Shown here: piece after piece, positions 54,741-64,000 of the stretch
Layout: every line of letters begins with the position of its first letter
Position numbering within the stretch: the stretch's first letter is position 1
Origin: the human T2T-CHM13v2.0 reference genome, Homo sapiens
DNA length: 64,000 bases
Reading direction: 5' to 3' (one strand)
Assembly (NCBI RefSeq): GCF_009914755.1
Contig: NC_060928.1
Position numbers and translations under genes: made by a program
The notes under the pieces: model-generated
Database searches by the model: none
What the model saw: only the letters and a program-made list of their open reading frames with translations
What the model was told of the DNA's origin: nothing

Positions 54741-56686
54741 ATGGGCAGGAAGCAGTTCCAATACAATGTCAGTAGGAACGACTTCTTCACCTCCTTCATG
54801 AGGTTCATGTCCAAACATGACACCGTCAGACACCCTGACCAGAAGACTGAGAAAATCCAGCTAAAGAATATTAGAAAATGTAGGCAAGATCTGTGTGGCA
54901 TCATTAGCAAAATATTATTTCTAAAGATAAAAAAAGAACCGTAAAATAAAGTTTTTAAAAATTATCAAGGCTGTTACAAAATACTATCCAAGAAAATGAT
55001 GAAATAAAGTGATACTCATGAGGACAGCCGAAGCTTTCACTACTTTAACTGATGAACAGTCCTGAAAACATAGAAAGAATTTGACGACATAGCAAGTACT
55101 TGAGCCATAAACTTTAGCAGTGCTTTGATAGTTTTGAAAGTCAATAAGAAAGACACAATTTTTAGTTTTTACTCAATTCATGTTGAAATTTATGGTTATC
55201 TATTCAGTTTTTCCATGTTCTTGGTTATATCAATGTGCTAAAGAGGAGACCAGATCCTAATGTCTATAAGACAGATTTGTGTATTATTTGTTCATCGAAA
55301 TAAAAATATAAGTATATAATATTTTGCCCTTAAGTTTAGCTGAATTTGAGCCCCAATATAACAACAATCTACTTAGCATACTAAGTGATAATATTCTAAT
55401 ACTACAGCTGATCAGAGATGATTACCTTTCACAATGAAGCCCCTTTTAGCTACCCAGTTTGAAGAATAGAATTCTATGATTATCTCATATGGCTGGGATT
55501 AAAATCTTTAGATGTTCAACAATGTATATTAAGATAATGTCATGGAGTACTTCAGTAAAAAAAATTATATAATCTCCCCAAAAAATAAAAATGAACCAAA
55601 GTTGAGAAGCAAATCTTTTGTTTCAAACTTGGCATCCTTAGAAACTTTATGAAGCTTTCCTATGAGATTGCTCATGTAGCTTCAGCTCTTCAATTGACAT
55701 TTTGCCAGTCACTGTTGTTGAAGAGGATGGTTGAAATGGATTGTAGTAATAAATTAGGATGTTGCAAGTATACAGAATTTATAGAAATCTAAACAATCGT
55801 ATCATCACAATCTATTGACTTTGAAGATGAGAAATATGAATATGTATAACTATACTTGAGAAACTTTCTTATGTGATTGTAAACCAAAAAGTGCAAGTGG
55901 TAGAGAAAGAAGATAGTATCACAGAAGACTCCTCCATGCAGAATTGATTAAATTTTCAAGGCAGGCAATGGCAGACGTTTGAGAAAGATCAGCTTATCTG
56001 CACTGCAGAGAAATAACCAGAATAAAATAGGCAAGTTGATACTGACAAGAACAGATCAAAGAAGAGGCTGGAAATAGAATCCTAAGTATCTAAGAAAACT
56101 GCTAAATCAAAAATATATATATATAAGTGCTCATGCCATTGTTCCAGTGAAATAGGATCTACAGAATCAGGCAGATGGGGTTATTGAGAGTGAAACTGCA
56201 GTAAACAAAGATGAAGTAAAAGTGTCAGGCAATGACACTGATTTTGAAAAAGAAAAAAAAAAAAAAGAAAAAACAGCAGAAAAAGAAGAGAGGTTCCCAA
56301 AATAAAAATGATGATGGTAGTAGCAGAGATTTTGATGAAAAAGAAATCAAAGCTCGTGCAACACAGTGGCAAGAAGTACATCAAAGTATACAAGGGAAGA
56401 AGAGAGCTTTACTGAAAATCAGATCATCTTATTTATAGTCTGTACTTTCCTGAGAACTAACCAGAATGATGGTAGCTATATATTACAGTTACGAAGGAAC
56501 AGATTAATATCTAGGTGATATCGCATGAATATCAAATGTATAAGGAAAAGAGAACTGGAGATTTCTTCACCAGGTAAACCTGGAAATTGTCAATATAGAA
56601 AATCAAACACAGCGGGGGGAACATAGGATCACCTAGACCAGGACAAGAATTAGCACTTTGAAGATCACTTTAAGAAGTATGATAAT
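54741..56686 (+). pseudogene. SEC63P2: SEC63 processed pseudogene (intronless, many stops/frameshifts); 5' UTR-like from ~54630, 3' UTR-like to ~57200
   Basis: Translations match SEC63: MGRKQFQYNVSRNDFF..DQKTEKIQLKNIRK vs MAGQQFQYDDSGNTFF..DQNAEQIRLKNIRK; MRTAEAFTTLTDEQS vs MRIAKAYAALTDEES; QWQEVHQSIQGKKRALL vs EWQELQQSIQRKERALL; YSLYFPE; SPGKPGNCQY vs APGKPGNYQY. SEC63 parentage is solid; the 'P2' number is from recollection and unverified. Confidence 0.9.
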
Positions 56687-57685
56687 GTTTTCATGCATTT
56701 CAAAATGTTATTGTTTTAGGAATGTATAATAATCTGTAGATAGCACAGAACTGATTTGAAGGAAAGTATTCAATTTTTTAGCAGAAATATTTACCCTAAA
56801 CAAATTAGGCAGTGAAGATGTCTTGGTAAAGCCTGAAAATGGCTTAAAGATTACAAAAGCTTTTAAAGTGTAGTATAGTATATTTGTTTGATTTCAAATC
56901 ATGAAAAGTCATTTTTTAAATTGTGTATCTAGAAATGTGGACTGTGTGTTGTCTGATTAACTTATAGTCCCAGTTTTAAAAAAAAGTATGTGAAAAGCAT
57001 TTTATAAATGAGCAACCATTTGCATTCTGTTTTCGATTTTGCAAACATTTTAACGTAAACACCTCAAGTATGTTTTCAGTAACATCTGCTTAAATTTTAA
57101 TTTCTTCATAAGTGCTGTTATTTATTTTATTTATTTGTAGGATATTTATAATAAGCATATGTATAAAAGCTTCATTCACAGCTTTACTCTTTTTTAAACT
57201 ACTATGGTGATCACTTAGCATTTTTTTATATTTTACATAATATAAAGAGCTACATTTTGGAATGTGCCTTTGCTTAATTATACAATTACCAAAAAATTAT
57301 GAAAATGACCCAATAAAGCCAGAATGTCTCTATTTCAGCAAAACAATGCAAAATCTAATGCTTTCATAAGCCAAATGCATAAAAGATTATGAGATAATGT
57401 ATTATCTGAAGTTAGTGGTTTATTTGTACATTTTATTAAATGTACAATATAAATGTATAAATATATATTAGTTTTTAATAGAGTTTCTGTCGTTAACAGA
57501 AACTCTTTCGAGGAAAAAACACAGCATGTGAAGAAAACATTTTAAAATTTTTCCCTTATCTTGAATTATAGTCAAAATCTTTGCCTTGAGTTATGTTTGT
57601 GATGGCATCTTTTTCTCTCCACCAAAATGAATATATACAGTGAAGTCACTTATATATTTTTTTCCAATTGAAATATTTATAACTT

Positions 57686-57744
57686 TGTATTAGTCAGGGT
57701 TCTCCAGAGAAACAGAACCAATAGAATACACACAGACACACACA

Positions 57745-57786
<42 letters not shown>

Positions 57787-58288
57787 GAGAGAGATTTATT
57801 ATAAGCAACTGGCACACACAATTATAAAGGCTGGCAATTACCAAATCCTGCAGTGTGAATCAGTTAGCTAGAGACCTAGAGGAGCTATGGTTTAGTTCCA
57901 GTCAGAATCTAAAGGTCTGAGAACCAAGAGACCTAGATGTATAGTTCTAATCTGAAGCCTGGCGGGTTCAAGACCCAGAGCAAGCCAATGTTTTAGTTTA
58001 AGTGTGAAAGCAGTAAAAAAAAAGCCAATGTCCCAGTTGAAACACCATCAACAGGAAAAATTCTCTCTCATCCAAGGGAGGGATGGCAGTTTTGTTTTAT
58101 TCAGGACTTCAACTGATTGGATGAGGTCCAGCTGCATTATGGAAGGCAATCTGCTTTACTCAGTCTACTGATTTAAATATGAATCTCACCCAAAAACATC
58201 CTTTCAGAAACACCCAGAAAAAAATGTTTGACCAAATATCTGGGCACCCTGTGGCCCAGTCAAGTTGAACATGCAATCAATCATCATA
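57686..58288 (-). mobile_element. ERVL solo LTR (MLT2B/C) with internal (CA)n
   Basis: 'tgtattagtcagggttctccagagaaacagaaccaatag' to 'ggcccagtcaagttga.catg'. Confidence 0.88.
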
Positions 58289-59698
58289 AATACTGTAGAT
58301 AAGTGTACTAATGTCTCTGTATAGTATAGAAAACACTTGAGCATGAGTTTCCACTTTAAACAGTGCAGTTTGTAAGGATAATTGTTATACAAAACAGACA
58401 TTTATGCAAATGAGTCAGTTATGTAAGATTAATGAATTTACTATTAAATCTTGAGTAATCACAAATTTACAATATTACAGAAATGATTACAACACATTGA
58501 TCCAAAGGAATATTATTATTTTGTTTCATTAAAAGTACAAAGGCAACAGTACTGTAGTAGAACACAAATTTGTGACCTTGTTTACTCAAAAGTTGGACAC
58601 TATATTCAAATTTACTAATTAATTATGTTATTAAAGTAGCTGAAAATACAATTTGGAAATGGAAAAAGGTGAAAGGATTTTTGTTAAAGCTCTTGAGAAT
58701 AATACCAAAAACCCCACAAAATTGCAACTTAAAAAAAAAACTTTAAAAATCCCCAAATCACATTATTAATATATATTTTTTATTAACTAACTGCCCAGCA
58801 CACATCAATAATGTATTTCTCCTACATCTTGACTGCATATTTTGATTATCTCTTTAAATAACTAAAATTTGATAATATTTGCATAGAGAAAATATTTAAC
58901 TTGAATGAATAATAGATCAAATTTGTTATTTTGTTTGCATTACAAGGTATTGCCACTTTTTTAGTGTTATTATGTTTAAGAGTTCCTCTATAACTTTCTT
59001 TCAAAAACGTATATTTTAAAGTTGGGAAAAGTAATGTAGTACATTTTTTAAAAGATATTTTGCTCTAAAAATAAAAACTTAGCTCTGAATTTGGATTTAT
59101 TCTGAGCTAAATGTTAGAGATAAAATGGTAACCTAGAAAAGACCTTTATGCCCATAATTTTTATTAACTATTGCAAATATCATAGTTTTACTACCTCCTA
59201 GTTACATTCTTTGTGTTATCTAGGGGTGGAATATAACACAATAAAATATTTTAATATATTAGATTACTTAGGGCTTTCTAACATGAACAGCTAGAATTTA
59301 GAATAAAGCAACTAAAACCTCTTTATATTATTTGAAGGAGAGGAAAATCCATGGACTCTATATTTAAGAAATCTGAATTGGCATGGCATAAATAAGATTC
59401 ATAAATCAATTTACGTTTCCAAATTAGTTTTGATTCCATTAATTGGTTCTTAGGATGGAAATATAATGGAGTGAGTAAAATATTCTGTTCCTAATAAAAT
59501 AGAACACTGTTTTACATCAAAACAGGTTGTCAGTTTCTGAAAATATGATAGACCAGATGTCTGAAGATAAGTTCTAGGATAGCAGTTATCTTATATTTTA
59601 ACATGTTTCATAAGATATATCTTAACAATTATTTTCAGCTACATTGTTGAGCTGGAGAGATAGCAAGAGAAATCCAAAGAAACCAGAATCAAGAATAT

Positions 59699-59835
59699 TG
59701 GGAGGCTGAGGTGGGAGGATCACTTGATCCTAGGAGGTCAAGGCTACAGGGAGTCATGTTTGTGACACTATAATCCAGCCTGGATGACAGAGTGAGAACC
59801 TGTCTCAAATAAATAAAATAGTAATAATAAAATTT
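59699..59835 (+). mobile_element. Alu right-arm fragment (AluJ/FRAM)
   Basis: 'gggaggctgaggtgggaggatcacttga...cctgtctcaaataaataaaa'; possible short TSD aagaata. Confidence 0.85.
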
Positions 59836-60102
59836 AAAAGAATACATATAAATAAGCTTGCATCAAAGCCAGAATTGCATCAAAGCCAGAATTTCATCCA
59901 AGCTAGAACCTGTGAAATGCGTTCAATCTTTTTTTTCAATGTTGCAAACAAACTTTTTGCATTGGCTGTGATTGTCATAATACTGAGAAGGATACACTTC
60001 TGTGTCTGCTTTTAAATCCAGGTCATGAGAAGTTTCTCCATATCTAATCTAAGTCATTCTCAAAGTTTTGTAAGCTTCTTTGCCTTCCATCAAGCAGATT
60101 CT

Positions 60103-60345
<243 letters not shown>

Positions 60346-60544
60346 ATCAAGCAGATTCTTAAACACCTTCTATCACTTTGTTATTGTTCTTCATGTTTAT
60401 AGCTATGACAAAATGAGACTGATGAGCAATAACCACCCCTGATTTTCCACCTTTGTAGTCCTTAATCACTTTTAATTTTGTTTCCCAGTCAATCACTTAT
60501 TAACAACACCACCTATTGACAACATTAGTCATGGATTTTGTATC

Positions 60545-62595
60545 CCTTGGATCATGAGGAACAAAACAACAAAAGATTAAACCAAGCACAAGAGAAAATG
60601 AAGCAATCAAGTTACACCATAAATGAGATGTATGAGGCTGCTGCCAACATAACACAGCAAACTATTGTACAGTAAACTTTTTTATAGGTAGAAAGAGTAC
60701 ACTTCAAAATGATGATGAAAAGTATAAAATAGTAAATACATAAACCAGTAACATAGTCAATCATTATCAGTATTGATGGAAGCAGCAGCCCATCTGCAGT
60801 GGACGCTAACATGACACTGGCTGCAGTGAGGGAGGCGTGGCCAGGGCTGTGTGCTCCATGGAGCCAACAGGAGCTGGGAACAGGGGGAAGCCTTGCCTGC
60901 TTCCAAGTTGGAGGGGTGGGTGCCTTGCCCTCCTGGGTGCAGCTGCAGCTGCCCAGCCACAGCTGCAGACCCGGACATCCCTGTGCTCTCTGGGAAGGCC
61001 CCCACCCCTGCAGGCTCAGAAGGGCCTGCCCCCAGTGCCTGGACTCCCCCTCCTCCTGTCCTCCACTTTGATTTTGGAGCAAAGCTGAGGCTGAGCTCAG
61101 ACACTGTTGCAACCCATCCAGGTGTGCCTGTGTGCAGGGTGGTGCTGACATGCCAGCTCTCTGCTTCCCTGGCCCCCTCCAGACTTTGGGCCCTGACAGC
61201 ACAGGAGAGAGGCTGAGGGGGTACTAAGGGCAGCTCAGCACGGACCTGCAGGCAACCCTTGGCCTGAACAGCCTGGACTCTGTGGATGGCATGCTAATGG
61301 CAGCAGTAGGCTGACAGGCTCCTGGGTGGAAAGAGGTGGTTTCCCAGTGAAGCCCCACCTTCAGGCCTGGTACAGGGTGCCAGTTCCATGGACTAGAGTG
61401 AGAACATATGGTGCTTTTTCCAGGCCCACCTAAGGCTGTCCATGGACAAATCAGCACACACTTCCTCCCCTCTGAAGCCCGTAAAACCCCTCTCTGCTGA
61501 GAGCTGAACAGAAGTTAGGATGTCCTGCCTGTGGAGAGGACCTACCCACTGTGGGTCTCCTCTCTGCCTCGTCTGCCCAGAGCTAAAGGGATGTTGGGAG
61601 GACCTGCCTGTGAAGAGGAGCTACCCACTGTGGGTCTCGCCTCTGCTGAGAGGTGGACATTCATTGAGATGACCTGCCTGCAGAGAGGAACTACCCACTG
61701 TGGGTCTCCTCTGAGCTGTTCTGTCAATAAAGCGCCTCTTTGCCTTGTTCACCCTATGCTTGTTCATGTACCTCATTCTTCCTGGAAATGGGACTCAGCA
61801 AATGGCAGGGCTGAAAGAGCTGTAACACAAACAGGCTGAAACACTCCCCTTGCTTGCCATGTTGCAGGTAACGAGAAGGAGTGAAGAGAAAAGGAGAGAA
61901 GAGCTGTGGCCATTTGAGGAGCCCAGACCTAGCAGCTCCCTGACCCGGGTTGTGACACCCTCTTTGGGACTCTGTGGTTCCTGGAATCTCTCAGCTTTCT
62001 GGTGCCACCACATTCCCCAGTGCCAGCCATGGAGGCTGCTTGTGGTATGCCTGGCCGAGCCACAGCCTCACAGGGAACTGACACCTATGCCGGTGCCTGG
62101 AGCTGCCCTCCCCACTGAAACCAACATGCCTGGCTATGCGCAGTGGCTGGACCCCACAGTTGCTCACTCACAAACCCCTCCTTGCTCCGTGCCTGTCTCA
62201 CCCTTGGCAGGTGTGGCATCCAGGCCAGTAGGATGAGCTGAACACAGCCTGCCAGGCTGAATGGGTAAAATGAGACAAACAGGCCCTAGCAAAACTCAGG
62301 CAAAGGCACCACTGGCCACGGAGGTTCCTGGCTGGAAAAGCAACACCCGAAGGATCTCGTGACATTATCACATACTACATACTGTATGTAATTGTACAAG
62401 CTGTACTTTTGTACAACTGGCAGTGTAGTAGGATTGTTTATACCAACATCACCTCAAATATGTGAGTAATGCATTGCACTATTATGTTTAGATGGCTATG
62501 ACATCACTAGGTGACAGGAACTTTTTAGCTCTATTGTAATCTTATGGGACCACCATCGTTTATATGGTCTGTCATTGTTATACTGCTCATGACTG
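60545..62595 (-). mobile_element. Tigger3 (Golem) fragment split by a MER52 LTR
   Basis: Homology to the 43.8-44.1 kb copy on both sides of the LTR; terminal 'cttatgggaccaccatcg...catgactg' + TA. Confidence 0.8.
60774..62364 (+). mobile_element. MER52-type ERV1 solo LTR (~1.6 kb)
   Basis: TG...CA termini, GC-rich, three internal 'cctgcctg..gag..ctacccactgtgggtctc' repeats, aataaa at ~61727; 4-bp TSD gtat/ttat. Confidence 0.85.
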
Positions 62596-62839
62596 TATAA
62601 ACACATACAAATAAGTTCAACTACCATACTGAAAAATTAAGAAGCAAATACAATTGTGTCCTACAACTATAGCCTTCAAGTCCCATTTTTTAAATACTTT
62701 TCACTAAAAGAAAATACATTGGGTGTAGGAAAAGATAGCATATGATTAAGAAATAATATCATCTTGAAAATGCGGCTATGCAAGATAGAATTTTATGGCT
62801 ACTTATATATGTGGCATCGTTTGTAGAAAAACTTTTATA

Positions 62840-62945
62840 GTGCTCACTTCAGCAGTATATATACTAAAATTGGAACAATATAGAGAAGATTAGCACGTCC
62901 CCTGTGCAAGGATGATGCTAAATTCACGAAACATTCCATATTTTT
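62840..62945 (+). ncRNA. RNU6: U6 snRNA retropseudogene (full-length), 5' part of a U6/L1 chimera
   Basis: 'gtgctcacttcagcagtatatatactaaaattggaac...ttccatattttt' aligns end-to-end to U6; ACAGAGA box mutated to ATAGAGA, CpGs decayed. Confidence 0.95.
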
Positions 62946-64000
62946 AGGACCTCTTCAAGAAGAACTACAAACCACTGCTCAAAAAATTGGAGATGACACA
63001 AACAAATGGGAAATCATTCCATTCTCATGCATAGGAAGAATCGACATCGTGAAAATGGCAATATACAGCCCAAAGCAATTTATAGATTCCATGCTATTCT
63101 CATTAAACTACCATTGACATTCTTCGCAGAATTAGAAAAAGAAAACTATTTTAAAATTCATATGGAACCAAAAAAGAGCTTGTATAGCCACCAAGACAAT
63201 CCTAAGCAAAAAAAAAAGCCATAGGCATCACACTTCCTGACTTCAAACTATACTATAAGGCTACAGTAACTAAAACCTAAAACAGCATGGCATGGGTACA
63301 GAAACAGGCACATAGACCAATGGAACAGAATAGAGGACCCAGAAATAAGACCACACACCTACAACCATCAGATCTTCAACAAACCTGACAAAAACAAGCA
63401 ATAGGGAAAGGATTCCTTGTTTAATAAATGATGCTGGGAGAACTAACTAGTCATATGCAGAAATTAAAACCAGACCACTTACTTACACCATATACAAAAA
63501 TCAACTCAAGATGGATTAAAGACTTAAATGTAAAACCCAAAACTATTAAAACCCTAGGAGAAAAATCTAGGCAATACCGTTCAGGACATAGGCACAGGCA
63601 AAAATTTCATGACAAAAATGCCAAAAGCAATTGCAACAAAAGCAAAAATGAGCCAAGTGGATCTTATTAAACCAAAGAGCTTCTGCACAGGAAAAGAAAC
63701 AATCATCAGAGTGAATAGAAAACCTACCATATGGGAGAAAATTTTTGCCATCTATCCATCTGACAAAGGTCTAAGATCCAGAATCTACAAGGAACTTAAA
63801 CAAATGTACAAAAAAAAAAAAAAACATTAAAACATTGGCAAAGGACATGAATAGACACTTATCAAAAGAAGACATACATGCAGCCAACAAACATGAAAAA
63901 GAGTTCAACATCACTGATCATTAGAGAAATCCAAATCAAAACCACAATGAGCTACCATCTCACATCATTCAGAATGGCTATTATCAAAAAGTCAAAAAAC
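62946..64000 (+). mobile_element. 5'-truncated L1PA ORF2 3' region, fused to U6; continues beyond window
   Basis: 'aggacctcttcaagaagaactacaaaccactgctc...'; ORF fragments 'PKAIYRFHAILIKLPLTFFAELEK', '[25 protein letters not shown]'. Confidence 0.95.

Noticed and set aside
54741-54944. 67-aa ORF with good Kozak context (gccATGG) as a functional CDS
   Set aside because: It is the N-terminal remnant of the SEC63 pseudogene, with early stop and heavy divergence
60612-62236. Cluster of GC-rich ORFs up to 196 aa, resembling a CpG-island gene
   Set aside because: Essentially within a MER52-type LTR; CpG-depleted; the internal triple repeat is native to the LTR

Overview
AT-rich, repeat-dense human genomic DNA (an AluYb8 with its diagnostic 7-nt duplication indicates human) with no intact protein-coding gene. 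The ORF-track entries are repeat- or low-complexity-derived, or are fragments of a decayed pseudogene. Two retrocopies are recognisable: an old, heavily decayed processed pseudogene of SEC63 (~54.7-56.7 kb, plus UTR-like flanks) and a full-length U6 snRNA copy fused to a 5'-truncated L1 (62.84 kb to window end). The rest is a layered record of L1, L2, MIR, Alu, MaLR/ERV LTRs and Tigger/hAT DNA transposons. The most notable observation is a probable ~10.2-kb inversion (13.47-23.70 kb). It splits one L1 ORF1 into oppositely oriented, nearly contiguous halves and truncates a THE1 provirus. Both breakpoints carry ~120-bp patchwork fillers built from the same short motifs, including the THE1 broken end, and a third templated/fold-back junction lies at ~24.4 kb. 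Repeat subfamily names come from recalled consensus sequences, and most repeat boundaries are approximate.
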